Source: Octopus vulgaris (Eukaryota). From it: a stretch of 64,000 nucleotides of DNA. The notes below the pieces were generated by a model. It worked only from the letters and a program-made list of their open reading frames with translations. It was not told the origin of the DNA and searched no databases. Numbering within the stretch: position 1 is the stretch's first letter; each line of letters begins with the position of its first letter. Location: NCBI GenBank assembly GCA_951406725.2, contig OX597819.1, positions 124,186,001-124,250,000 of the forward strand, written 5' to 3'. Positions 1 to 12,659 of this stretch are shown here, piece after piece. The translations under genes and the position numbers were made by a program.

Positions 1-51
1 ATTAATGTCTCCGTTTATTTTTATATCTTATATATAATAAATACAAATATA

Positions 52-1395
52 GGGATGCTGTCAGTAAGGTGAGGGTTGGTAATGAGGATTACAATGAATT
101 CAGGGTACAAGTAGGGGTTCACCAAGGGTCAGTCCTCAGCCCCTCCTGTTCATTATAGTCTTCCAGGTAATGACAGAGGAATTTAAAGCGAGCTGCCCCT
201 GGGAGCTCCTCTATGCTGATGACCTTGTTCTTGTAGCTGAATCACTAACAGAACTAGTGAAGAAATTTCAGATGTGGAGACTAGGTCTAGAATCAAAGGG
301 TCATGGAGTTAATTTAGCAAAAACCAAAATCTTAGTAAGTAGGAAAATAGATCAATCACAAATCCCTTCGGGCTCTGCTCGATATGTAGAAAAGGCATAG
401 GTAGAAACTCCATAAGATGTACCCAGTGCAAGCTATGGACACATAAGAGGTGCAGCAATATCAGAAGAAGGTTAACAGGAAAAATATTCTTTGTGTGGGG
501 GAGATGTACTGATACAATAAACACTAGAAATGTACAGAAAATAGACTTCATCAAATGCCGGGTGGGGGGGATACCGAGAATTGATAGCTTCCATTATCTA
601 GGTGACCAAGTTAGCAGTGGAGGTGGATGCTCCAAGAGCATAGCTGCTAGAACAAGAATAGGTTGGGCAAAGTTGAGAGAGATTCTACCTTTGTTGGTAA
701 TTAAGGGCCTTTACTTCTGACTGAAAGGCAGATTGTACAATGCTTGGGTGTGAACAGTCATGCTACACAACAGTGAAACAAAGGCTGTGACTGCGAAGGA
801 TGTGCGTAGGCTTGTAAGAAATGAAACTAGTAGGTTTCATTGGATGTGCAATGTCAGTGTGCATACTCGACAGAATGTAAGCATCTTGAGAGAAAAGTTG
901 AGCATAAGAGGCATCAGATGTGGTGTGCAAGAGAGAAGAGTGCGCTGGTATGGTCATGTGATGCATATGGACAAAGACAGCTGTGTAAAGAAGTGCTGAT
1001 CTTTATCTGTAACTGTGGAAGAGGTAGACCCAGGAAGACATGGGACATGGTAGTGAAGTATAATCTCTGAATGTTAGGCCTCATGGAAATGACAAGTGAC
1101 TGAGGCCTTTGACGATATGCTGTGCTTGAGAAGACCCGTCAAGCCAAGTGAAATCGTAGTTGTGGCCAATGCTGGTGTCCTGTAAGTAGCAGCTGTGGCG
1201 ATGGCACATAAAAGCACCCATGTTGGTGCCAAGTTAAAGGGACCCACTCTTGGAGTGGTTGGCATTAGGAAGGGCATCCAAACGTAGAAATTGTGCCAAA
1301 TCAGATGGGAACTTGGTGCAGCCCTCTAGCTTATAGTTCCAGTCAAACTGTCCAACCCATGCCAGCAGGGAAAACAGATGCTAAATGATGATGAT
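52..1395 (+). mobile_element. 5'-truncated, frameshifted RTE-clade LINE (PHD-in-RT family), RT to 3' tail
   Basis: ORF pieces WELLYADDL (170-400), FHYLGDQV (493-720) and RWYGHVMHM (760-999). Ends in the family tail ...ccatgccagcagggaaaacagatgctaaatgatgatgatg. Near-identical to 13312-14885. Confidence 0.9.
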
Positions 1396-1429
1396 GAACA
1401 GTCATTAGATAACACTTTTGAAATATCAT

Positions 1430-1750
1430 CATTATCATCGTTTAACGTCTGCTTTCCATGCTAGCATGGGTTGGACGATTTTGACTGAGGGCTGGCGAAC
1501 CAGATGGCTGTACCAAGCTCCAATCTTGATTTGGCAGAGTTTCTACAGCTGGATGCCCTTCCTAATGCCAACCACTCCGAGAGTGTAGTGGGTGCTTTTT
1601 ACGTGTCACCAGCATGGGGGCCAGTCAGGCGGTACTGGCAATGACCTCGCTCGAATCCTTTTACACATGCCACTAGTACAGGTGCCAGTAAGGCGATGTT
1701 GGTAACGATCACGCTCGAATGGTGCCCTTTTACATGCCACCGGCATGGAA
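1430..1750 (-). mobile_element. Solo 3'-UTR/tail fragment of the PHD-RTE family
   Basis: Reverse complement of the tail: catcgtttaacgtctgctttccatgctagcatggg...tagtgggtgctttttacgtg. Confidence 0.8.
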
Positions 1751-2339
1751 ATACTAGAATAAAATTTAAAGCATTAATCAAATTATAGGTAATCAGTTAA
1801 GTTTATGGTGTTGAACAACTGACCACAAGGTCATGTGTTTAAGACTTCGTCATAATCAGTATAGCACTTCCATATTATACTAGTTAATAGTGGTAGAGAC
1901 AGCCAGTGCAAATATTCTTGCTCCAACATTATGCAAATGCTCCAAATAAATAAAATGTACTCCTGAGAGACAAATACAGAAGAAAAAAAATAAGCATAAA
2001 CAGTACCACAATGTATAGAAGCTACAACTAAACTATTATGAAAAAGATATTAATAAACTACATTGGAAACAAAAGAATCCAGTAGCTCACAAATCACAGT
2101 GTATTAACCTACAGCCATTAAGGAAGAAGCAGAAAATGTTTTCCTTTGCCAACAAGCTGGCAAACAGATCAGCCATGCATAGACAGAGGAAATGTAATCG
2201 ATTTCAGTAATTTCCCAATGACTCATGAAATGGCTTTCCTAAATGTAAACATTTGTTTAGCATTCAGAAATATGCAGAAATAACACAGCTTAACAGTTTT
2301 TTCATTCAATCTCAATGATTTAAATAATGTTTTCTTTCT

Positions 2340-2971
2340 CAAAAACCGGCTGTGGATCTGTAGTACAAATGTCTTGTTTTCATGAGTTTTGAATCGAAAT
2401 CTTCCACCAAACCTTAGTCAATTTAGGCGATCTTTCGTCTCTAGTAGACCTTTCCGTCGATTTCCGTAAATTTTTTTTTTTTTTTACATATGGGCTTGCG
2501 GGAACTTTTGAAGTAATGAGAGCGAAAGAGACTAAGAGAAAGCGATTGTATGATGAGGGAAATTCTTTTGAAGTTACCGTCCAGGGGAAGCATTGATGTA
2601 CATGTGTGTGTGTGTGTGTGTTTGATGGGGTGTGGGAGACAGAAAGTATGTCGTGTAAGTGAAGTGCTTCTGTTAGTGTGTGTGAAGAGACAGAGTAATG
2701 TGTGAAAGAAAGAGATAACTGAAATTTTTTACTCGGTGTATGTGTATATATATATTACTTCAAAAGTTCCCGCAAGCCCATATGTTAAAAAAAAAAAAAT
2801 TTTTATGGAAATCGACAGAAAGGTCTACTATAGACGAAAGATCGCCTCAATTTATGTTCCTAACACTAGCTGAATGATAACCAAGTTATTTTACTAAATT
2901 CTTTGTTATAGTTAAAGTAATTGAAAGAAACACAGAGCATCTCAAAATAAATACAGTAATGAAAGGGTTAA
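2340..2971. mobile_element. TTAA-type (piggyBac-like) MITE, left end lost, interrupted by a second MITE
   Basis: Same internal sequence as 15064-15284. Right end is gtaatgaaagggTTAA. Confidence 0.8.
2425..2847. mobile_element. Non-autonomous DNA transposon (MITE) with ~90-bp terminal inverted repeats
   Basis: aggcgatctttcgtct...gggcttgcgggaacttttgaagtaat pairs with attacttcaaaagttcccgcaagccc...agacgaaagatcgcct. Flanked by the direct repeat caattt (2419-2424, 2848-2853). Confidence 0.9.
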
Positions 2972-3522
2972 CTGATTCTTTATTATCACCATCAAAATTA
3001 ATTTAGCTTTCCCATGCTTGGTATAGTTTATATAACTTCTTAGCCTGCTATCCTTTCCTCTTACGCTGCTGCACACAAAATATAGCTACATGTTAAATAA
3101 AACTTTCTCGTTTCCCTGCTACTTCTACAGTTGTAAACAACAATCTCCTCTTATCTCTTATCTGCTGAACAACCATCTTCTCAAAATGTCTGCAGATACT
3201 TCCTTCAACTTTTCTTACTTTTCTAGAAGTAATATAAAATTTGTCTTTCCTGCCAATTCAAGAGAGAATTAAGTAATTCTAAATTTGTTCAAATCATTTT
3301 TGAAGCCATTTTTTAAAAAATAATTCTACCATTTCTTACCATAAACTTTTTTTTTTTTTTCTTAAAGATCCATCACTGAAGAATTAACAGATGATGAAAT
3401 CAATCTTACTGGTTTGTACACTTAAAGCAAATTTTTCATTAGGTTTATCCTAATGAACAATTTACAGGTCTCTTTGAGGCTGTGCCTGAATAAGTTAGCT
3501 CCTATCTTATTTCATAGGTTCA

Positions 3523-3912
3523 TGGATGGAAGCGCTCCGTCGGTTACGACGACGAGGGTTCCGGTTGATCCGAATCAACGGAACAGCCTGCTCATGAAAT
3601 TAACGTGTAAGTGGTTGAGCACTCCACAGACACGTGTACCCTTAACGTAGTTCTCGGGGATATTCAGCATGACACAGAATGATGACAAGGCCAGCCCTTT
3701 GAAATACAAGTACAACAGAAACAGGAAGTAAGAGTGAGAGAAAGTTGTGGTGAAAGAGTACAGCAGGGATCACCAGCATCCCTGCCGGAGCCTCGTGGAG
3801 CTTTTAGGTGTTTTTGCTCAATAAACACTCACAACGCCCGGTCTGGGAATCGAAACCGTGATCCTACGACCGCGAGTCCGCTGCCCTAACCACTGGGCCA
3901 TTGCGCCTCCAC
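3523..3912 (-). mobile_element. tRNA-derived SINE (head/middle A + tail X)
   Basis: Minus strand starts ggaggcgcaatggcccagtggttaggg (A box) ... ggtttcgattccc (B box). The tail is shared with 16240-16675 and 31640-31960. Confidence 0.85.
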
Positions 3913-4039
3913 ATAGGTTCATACATGTATATTTGAAAGCCTTAGATAAAAAACAAAAGGGAAAGGAAAAGAAAACTAACATCTTCAACAGCAACATGGA
4001 AGTCCAGTTAAAAACAGCTTTCTTCAATGTAATAGATAT

Positions 4040-4720
4040 CATCATTGTTCGACCGTGGTCAAGACAATGGAATTTACTATGTTACGTCAGACTTCACGGT
4101 CCATCATAGCATTACGGAGGCCCTGTTGCTGGATGCCTGTATCCCTGGAGATTACATCAGGGTAGGATAGTGTGCGCCCTCTGGTATCGCGAGCAGATGG
4201 CTTCCAGAGGAGAAGAGTAGAAATTACCTCGTTCTCAGCTCAACAACAATGTCCAGCAAACTGGACTCTTCTACCTTTCACAAGAGATGATACAGGTGGT
4301 AATTTCCTGCTGCATCCTTCGTGTCCGATGGCATCGCTTTGCCTCCAACAATTCGGTGCGACACCAGTGCAGAATCACCTCCCTCCGACAAGTCATCCTA
4401 ACGAGACGTTTGTGTTGGCTGGGTCATGCCCTCCGTCGTCAACCAGGAGAATTCATCTATGAAGCAACTGCCTCAGTTCTCCTTCAGGGTTGGCGAAAGT
4501 GATGTGGTGGACAACGAAAAACCTGGCTGATGACAGTCAAGGCTGGTCTGGAACCCAACCTAGGCCCCCACATTTACGCTGGAATAAGGAGTGGTTGGAG
4601 ATCACGCAGTCGTTAGCCTCAAATCGCCAGGCCTGGTCGGCGTTTGTGAGAGATGCAGCATTGAGGATGAATGAAGCCAGCTCAACCCATCCCGGGTGAA
4701 TGCTGTAAGAAGAAGAAGAC
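4040..4720 (+). mobile_element. RTE-derived element: non-coding leader joined to an RTE ORF C-terminus
   Basis: Translates RRLCWLGHALRRQPGE...RWNKEWLE...NRQAWSAFVRDA...STHPG*, followed by a (gaa)n tail. Confidence 0.7.
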
Positions 4721-5697
4721 ACTTCCACAAGAGAATTTGAGCTCTCATGAGGAGATATATTTAAATTAAAGTCAGAATATCAACAACTATTCAACTTTAG
4801 CTTGGTTTCAAATTTTGGCACAAGGTCCACAATTTCAGGACAGGGGTTAAATCAATCATATCAACCCCAGTGCTTCCCAAAAGGAAGACAGGCAAAGTTA
4901 ACCTCAGCAGAATCTGACAACTTTAATTAGTAAATATAATAATTTCATACAATTTCATGCATAAAAGACAGCACTCACTTTATATATTTATTTCACACTT
5001 AAATATTTTTTGTCTTTTGTTTCTGAAGATCTACTGTACCACTTGTTTATATCACATTAACTCCAGATTTTTAGTAAACTACAAAGACAAGGTTCGTAAT
5101 TGTTTCTCAATAGCTATTGCTTTTGTTCTTATCTATAAAACAAGAATAGTGAAGACAAGTACCACAATTTCGACATTACTTCCTTCAATAAAGAAATTTA
5201 TAGTTAAAGATTTTTTTCTCCAAATTTCAATAAACAATTTGATTAACAATTGGGAAAAAAAACGTTTATAGTAAAAGATTGTTCCTTGTAGTTTGATAAA
5301 AAAAAAATAAAGCTGTTATTTTAATTGGAATACCTAGTCTTCTTTGTCACACACTATAGCGCATGGTGCTTACTATTAAAGAATTTTATTCTCTAAAATA
5401 CCTTATAATTAGAATTTGTAATTCATTATTGGTACAAATTATCACCTATTATTTTGATAATTGTTTTCTGCAGCACACCTGTACATGAATTTAAATAGCT
5501 TGGCAGAGGTAGCAGAAAGAGAGATATTTCAACAGGTAAAATATTAAGAAGAATGAATTCAATAGAACATTGATTTTATGGTTATAATATAAGACAAAAT
5601 TAATAGCAAGCTATCAGATAATACATTTATATTGAAAAGAGATTATCAGATAGTCTTATTAAAACATTAAAATTTCTTCAATTTTGGTCTGGCTTAA

Positions 5698-5860
5698 CCC
5701 TTTAGCATTTAAACTGCCCATAGCTGGCCCAAATATTCAGTTTTAGGTTCAAACTAACCAGATCTAGCCTCTCACACCTACCCTACAATGTCATTCTACA
5801 AAGAAACAATCACATCATTGAACTCTCAAGGCTACAAGGTATTGTATGATTAATTCAAGT
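5698..5860. mobile_element. Truncated TTAA MITE, second family
   Basis: Starts TTAAccctttagcatt and is similar to 16010-16222. Confidence 0.65.
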
Positions 5861-6150
5861 GCTACACTTGCGGAGTGGTTGGTGTTAGGAAGGGCATTCA
5901 GCTGTAGAAACACTGCCAGATCAGACTGGAGCCTGATGCAGCCTTCTGGCTTCCCAGTTCCCAGTCTGTCCTTGTTTGTCCCCTCTGTGTTTAGCCCCTT
6001 GTGGGTAGTAAAGAAATAGATATTTACAATTATACATTCAGTAAATTAAGCACCAATTACGCACTGGGGTCGATGTAATTGACTTAATCTGTTTGTCTGT
6101 CCTTGTTTGTCCTCTCTGTGTTTAGCCCCTTGTGGATAGTAAAGAAATAG
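5860..6150 (+). mobile_element. PHD-RTE tail fragment joined to two 3' fragments of the Meta-like SINE
   Basis: ggagtggttggtgttaggaagggc... then gtctgtccttgtttgtcccctctgtgtttagcccc occurs twice. Confidence 0.7.
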
Positions 6151-6245
6151 GTGTTTTTAAGCTTGTTACTGGTACTGTAAGGAAGGCGTTCTCACGTAGG
6201 ACCCAAGGTACTTGGGGTCACTGACCTCTTTGAGTTGTGTGCATT

Positions 6246-7250
6246 TCATCATCATTTAACGTCCGCTTTCCATGCTAGCATGGGATGGACAATTTGACTG
6301 AGGACTGGCAAACCAGATGACTGCACCAGGCTTCAATCTTGATCTGGAAGAATTTCAACAGCTGCATGCCCTTCCTAATGCCAACCACTCTGAGAGTGTA
6401 GTGGGTGCCTTTACATGCCACCAGCACGATGGCCAGTCAGGTGGTACTGGCAACAGCCATGCTCAAATGGTGTTTTTTTACGTGCCACCTGCACAGGAGC
6501 CTGTCCAGCGGCACTGGCAACGACCTCACTCAAATGCTTTTTTTCACATGCTACTGACACAAATGCCAGTAAAGCAACGCTGGTAACAATCATGCTCAAA
6601 TGGTGCTTTTTATGTGCCACTAGCATGGAAGCCAGTCAGCTGCTCTGGCAACGATCACACTCAGATGGTGCTCTTAGCACTCCACTAGCACGGACGCCAG
6701 TCATCAAATTTGATTTCATTTGCCTCAACAGATCTTCGCAAGCAGAGTTTAGTGTCCAATGAAGGAAAGGTATGCATAAGTAGGCTGGTTACACCTCTGG
6801 CATAGGCCACAAGGTTATGGTCTCACTTGGCTTGCCGGGTCTTCTCAAGCACAGCCTATTTCCAAAGATCTTGGTCACTAGTCATTGCCTCGGTGAGACC
6901 TAATGTTCGAAGGTCATGCTTCACCACCTCATCCTAAGTCTTTCTGTGTCTACCTCTTCTACAGGTTCCCTCAACCGCTACGGTGTAGCACTTTTTCACA
7001 CACCTATCTTCATTCATTCTCACCACATGACCATACCAGCACAGTCGTCTCTCTTGCACACCACATCTGATGCTTCTTAGGTCCAACTTTGCTCTCAGGG
7101 TACTTACACTCTGTCGAGTATGCACACTGACATTACACATCAATCGGAGCATACTGGCTTCATTCCTTGCGAGCTTACGCATGTCCTCAGCAGTCACGGC
7201 CCATGTTTCACTGCCATGTAGCATGGCTGTTCGTACACATGTAAGACATA
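6246..7250 (-). mobile_element. 5'-truncated PHD-RTE LINE (C-terminus plus repetitive 3' UTR)
   Basis: ORF 6934-7266 CVRTAMLHGSETWAV...RLCWYGHVVRM...RGRHRKT, followed by the modular 3' UTR and (gat)n. Confidence 0.9.
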
Positions 7251-7379
7251 GAAGACTTGTTAGCAAGTCTTACATCACAGAGGTGTTGAGCTTGAGGACA
7301 AATCCATCAGTGTAGTCAAGGTCAAAGAAATACTAGCATGGACAAGCAAAGTAAATCCATCTCCTAACATTTGGAACTT

Positions 7380-7645
7380 CTGTGCCACCAGCACAGGTGC
7401 CAGGGGAGGCTGGCAACACCGATTGTGGTCATTGCCAGCCTTCCCTGGCACCTGTGCTGGTGGCACGTAAAAAGCACCCACTACACTCACGGAGTGGTTG
7501 GTGCTAGGAAGGGCATCCAGCTGTAGAAACACTGCCAGATCAGACAGGAGCTTGGTGCAGCCTCCTGGCTTCCCAGACCCCGGTCGAACCGTCCAACCCA
7601 TGCTAGCATGGAAAACGAACATATGATGATGATGATGATGATAAT
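7380..7645 (+). mobile_element. Solo PHD-RTE 3' tail
   Basis: ggcacgtaaaaagcacccactacac...catgctagcatggaaaacg...(gat)n. Confidence 0.85.
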
Positions 7646-7977
7646 AATTTAACATCTAAAAATCAAGCTTATTCCCACCTACTGATGTACCAAGTATACA
7701 TTAGTTATATACATTAAATGACCATACATCATATTACCAATCAACATCTCTAATTTTCAGTAATTTCCTCAACCCACTCAGGCATACTCAAGTCCACCTC
7801 TGTAACCAACAAATTAAATCCAATTCATTTCTTCCAGTTGCCTCAACTCTTAAGTTTCTACAGTTAATATCTAATTGTTGCACAACACAATTCTCTCATT
7901 CATAATTCAGAGCAAAAAAAATGTATTTTTTACAAAGAGAGGCAATCCAAAAACATTTGATATACTTCATAGTTTGA

Positions 7978-8205
7978 CGGCGAGCTGGCAGAATCGTTAG
8001 CACGCCGGGTGAAATGCTTAGCGGTATTTCGTCTGTTGCTACATTCTGAGTTCAAATTTCGCCATGGTCGACTTTGCCTTTCATCCTTTCGGGGTCGATA
8101 AATAAAGTACCAGTTATGCACTGGGGTCGATGTAATCGACTTAATCCCTTTGTCTGTCCTTGTTTGTCCCCTCTATGTTTAGCCCCTTGTGGGCAATAAA
8201 GAAAT
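7978..8205 (+). mobile_element. tRNA-derived SINE with Meta-domain-like centre
   Basis: ggcgagctggcagaatcgttagcacgcc (A box), gagttcaaattt (B box), ggtcgactttgcctttcatcctttcggggtcgataaa centre. At least 7 copies occur in the window. The domain name is from memory. Confidence 0.85.
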
Positions 8206-8842
8206 ATATATTACGAACTCCAATAATATAATAAAAAAGTAAAGCAAAGGGATATGGCTGTGGTAAGTTTAAAAAAAACTAATGTTTAGTTTTAAGTATA
8301 AATATTTTATGTTTAGAAAGTAGCCTAATTAACAGCTACAATCTTCGGAGCAATTCATCCCAATCATATTCTTGCTAGTTTATACTGCCAACACCACCAA
8401 CATTCTGGTAAACCCAAACTACCAATTCCCTAATCTCACTAAATATCTTGAGCGTCAATTAATTATACTCTCTACAAGTTCTTATAATTTCCTATTCTGC
8501 AGATTCAGTAGAACTATGTCTCAAATGCTACTGAATTTTAATCTTGCAGCTAATCCTATTTTTAACTTATACATTTACAAACCAATTCCTTTACTCCTAC
8601 CATTCTTGTTTTCACAAAAATACAGAATATGTAACTTTATCAAATGCCATCTCTATATTATGTGAGATTTTGTCATTCTTTGCCAAGCACTTCTCTTGCA
8701 ATCGTTTCTCCAGAAATATGTTGTGGTTCTACATTTTGCTTTCTACCCAAAGTGAGAGCTACCTATATCTATCCTCTGCCATTTGTACTTCTATTTCCAT
8801 CAGTAAACTTAGATGATGCCATCAGCAGAATTTGTGCCTCAA

Positions 8843-9510
8843 CTTGTTGTTGTTGGCATCCTTTTTGTCTCGGGAGACAATGGAGTTGCGCATAAAATAA
8901 TCTAGTCCGGCTTTTACATTTCATTCCTAATACATCTCCTGCTGTGGCTGTGTAGTCCTATCCTGGACAAACACTCCCTCTGGCTGGTGCCGCAAATGTA
9001 GCGAAGACTTTGCCTGGCTGGTTGTAATGCCATAGTTTCTTGTTGACATCTTTTCTTGTCTTTCCATTTCTCCTCTCCCTCTATGTCACTCTTTTGTATT
9101 CCCTCTTTTACGGTACGTTGCCAATCTCCGCGGCAACTGCTGGCAACTGCTTCCCAGTTGGTAATATTGATGTTGCAGGCATTCATGTCCCTTTTGCAAA
9201 CATCCTTGTATCGTAAGAACGGTCTTCCCACAGACCTAGTGCCCCTAGCAAGCTCTCCGTTGAGTATGTCCTTGGGGATTCTGCCATCTTCCATATGGCT
9301 AACATGTCGAAGCCATCTCATACGTTTTTGTGTGAGGAGTGCAAACATGCTTGGTATTCCTGCTTGCTCGAGGACATCTTTGTTGGGGGCATGATTCTGC
9401 CATTTGATGCAAAGGATTTTCCAGAGGCAGCACAGGTGAAAGATATTTAGGCGACACTCTTGGCGTGTGTATGGCGTCCAAGTCTCACTTCCATACAGTA
9501 GAGTGCTAAA
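8843..9510 (-). mobile_element. 3' fragment of an RTE LINE (family distinct from the PHD type)
   Basis: ORF 8914-9348 RMRWLRHVSHMEDGRIPKDILNGEL...GRPFLRYKDVCKRD...CLSRIGLHSHSRRC, with a (caa)n tail. Confidence 0.9.
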
Positions 9511-11004
9511 TACTCAATAACTTAACACCTACAAATTACTGTTGGGGGCCAAGTCAGACTCCATTTTGAAGGTAATTCATCAACAAAGATCAAAGGTTTT
9601 GTATTGATTACTTAAACCAGTAATCAATACAAAAGTCTACCTTTAATGATCTATAGCTATATCTTCAACTGTCTATCATAATACAAAGCATAAGGTTGGA
9701 CTAATGGCAATGTGTAATCAGACTAAAAGTACAGTTGGGTTATAGTACTGAGTACACCCTCAATCAATGTAGCAAACATAATATTCTTCTTAAACATCAG
9801 ATGCCTCCAAATAATGGAAATCACTTCAGAAGAATCAAGTTTCACTGTTACAGGGAATTAAGTATCCCAATACCAAGAACACAAGAATTTTCATATGGAA
9901 TTTAAGCACCAGACATGACTACAACATGGCATCAATCTCGCTAAGGCAGCAGACGCTAGAATGATACAGCTCTGAATTTCATTATTGAACTAGCTGAGCG
10001 ATAAGAAAAAGTCCAGGCTCGAGGTTAACAAATTCATCCATCTCCATAGTATTAGACTCTGTAACTTCCCCTAGTCTAGTGTATTACATAATGTATATGT
10101 AGTAGTTAATGGTTTTGCTATGGCAGGCATCTGGAATAGCTTTCTGAATAACTAGCGTATAAATGTAAAATCTCAGTGTAGACATTTTGTTTCGAGTGTG
10201 GAATGAAAATAGGGACATTTTCTTTAAAATCAATTTCAATGAGGCATAAAACGGAGAAATAAGGAGGTGAAGAGAGAGAGAGAGGGATCTTACACTAAAT
10301 AATTATTATTCAACTATTTTCAAAAACATATTGACAAGAAAATATAAGATTAGGCATTTGACCTAAGACCAATATTTAAAATATCTTTGTTTATAAAAAG
10401 AACTGTTTTACTAATCATGTAAAAAATATGTTCAAATATGTAAATGGATGCTATAGCAAAAAGCCATAAGAAAAGTATTACCAATGACATTAAGAAACAC
10501 CACAAATGCTGTAATAATATACAAGTGGAATAAATCATTTCCAGTCTATTGCAACTAACAGTCACTGCCAGAGCCACCCGACTGGCTCCCCGTGCCAGTG
10601 ACACGTAAAAAGCACCATCCGAATGTGGTCGATGCCAGCCCCACCACCCCGACTGGCTCCTATGCTGGCAGCATGGCTAGACCAATAGAAAGAACCAAGA
10701 GTGTGTCCATGTCTGCTTACAACTACACCTAAAACAACCTAAAACAATTATCAAAGGCATGAGACATGCTGTACCAAGCTTGGAATGAGGCAACGAATCA
10801 AAGAAACAAGTATCAAGGGAAATTATCTCGGCAATGTTTTTTTTTCTGATAGTATAGCAGTCTAAGCAAAAACACTGATAATGATAATATATTGGTATAT
10901 AAAATTCTTTTAAAATTTAGTACTACTCAAACCTTCACTAGTTTTTAGCATAGAACCAAAGACTTCTCAAACAAAACTTCTCTCAACCCTTGTGAATGGA
11001 TTAA

Positions 11005-11224
11005 CCCTTTTGTTACCAGCACAGCTGAAACTGGCTCTGTTTTTGAGTACAAATGTCCTGTTTTCAAAAGTTTTGAATTAAAATCTTCCACCAAACCTTA
11101 GTCACAATTTATGTTCCTAACACTAGTTGAATGATAACTAAGTTATTTTACTAAATCCTTTGTTATATTCAAAGTAATTGAAAGAAACACAGAGCATCTC
11201 AAAATAAATACAGTAACGAATGAG
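11005..11224. mobile_element. TTAA-flanked MITE (piggyBac-like)
   Basis: TTAAcccttttgttac...gtaacgaatgagTTAA. Confidence 0.85.
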
Positions 11225-11705
11225 TTAAGAGAAGTTTCTGTGATTCATCTTGAGTTGGTATACTGATGAATATGTTTTCTTTACTGAGGAAAAATGAGAT
11301 ACTAACAATCCTCAAGTTTGTTTCAAATTTCATTCTCCTCACCCATGTTTTCATAACGGAAGTGGTATGATTTATATTCAAGAAGCAAATGCAAGTTAAA
11401 GACAGAAGCATTGAAATTACACCTACATACCACACTTCTTATTTCCAAAATTATTATCAAGCTAATGTGTGTTTTCATGTTCAGGCATAAATTAAACAGA
11501 TTTGTACGTCAGCAATTGTCTTTATCTTACATCATCCTCTCATTTGTGAGGCCCAATATTTTCAGGTCAGAGCAAATTACGCCGTAGTAATTCCTTCTTC
11601 AGGATAGAAAGAAAAACAGAGAAGTCTAAGGAAACTAATATTGATTTGTATTAGCAAAATTCAGTTCATGAATATCCACAATAATGTTAGAACAAGTTTA
11701 TATAC

Positions 11706-12122
11706 CTATTTCTTTACTATCCACAAGGGGCTAAACACAGAGGAGACAAACAAGGACAGACAAATGGATTAAGTCGATTATATCGACCCCAGTGCGGAAC
11801 TGGTACTTAATTTATCGACCCCGAAAGGATGAAAGGCAAAGTCGACCTCAGCGGAATTTGAACTCAGAACGTAGCGGCAGACGAAATACCAATATCTTTA
11901 TTACCCACAAGGGGCTAAACACAGAGAGGACAAACAAGGACAGACAGACGGATTAAGTCAATTATATCAACCCCAATGCATAACTGGTACTTAATTTATC
12001 GACCCCGAAAGAATGAAAGGCAAAGTCGACCTTGGGAGAATTTGAACTCAGAACGTAACGACAGATGAAATACAGCTACGCATTTCGCCTGGCGTGCTAA
12101 CGATTCTGCCAGCTCGCTGCCT
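11706..12122 (-). mobile_element. Tandem pair of Meta-like SINEs (full copy plus 5'-truncated copy)
   Basis: Two consecutive reverse-complement copies of the 7978-8205 element. Confidence 0.85.
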
Positions 12123-12659
12123 TGAACAAGTTTATATACCATGAGTAGAATTCTCATCTCATCACACAAACATTCCATTATATGAACTTCTTTCATCTAT
12201 CATTTATGAGCACATTTCACTGCCTACATATAGTATTGTTTTGCACTGGTCGTATCATAAATTCACATTAAATGAATATATGAAGAGTTTATTTCCAAAA
12301 CCACAAATATATGCATCAGAATGACTTTTGAGTAATTGTTTATAACAACAACATGAATATATCTGATTTTGATTGGAAGACTAAGATTCACCTACTGTCC
12401 AAAAGGCATCTATCACAGTTTGACTGAAGAAAAATTTCACATGCATGAAGCCAGTAGCTTAAAGATTGTGTTTTAATAGTTATGAAATCAACTAAAATGC
12501 ATTCGTACAGGTTTTGAAAGTAAGCTCCTCATATTTAGCAAAACACTGAAGCTCAGTTTTTTCTTCAAGTCAAACAGAACATATTCAGTTTGTTTTTATT
12601 TGCACCCGTCATCCATATATCACTACCATAAAATACACTTATACATTTGTATATCATGT

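Noticed and set aside
8630-10100. Unique-looking flanks of the RTE fragment as RASSF exon 2 or an LTR element
   Set aside because: No CxxxCHxxC coding frame with splice sites, and no LTR pair or retroviral motif, could be found.
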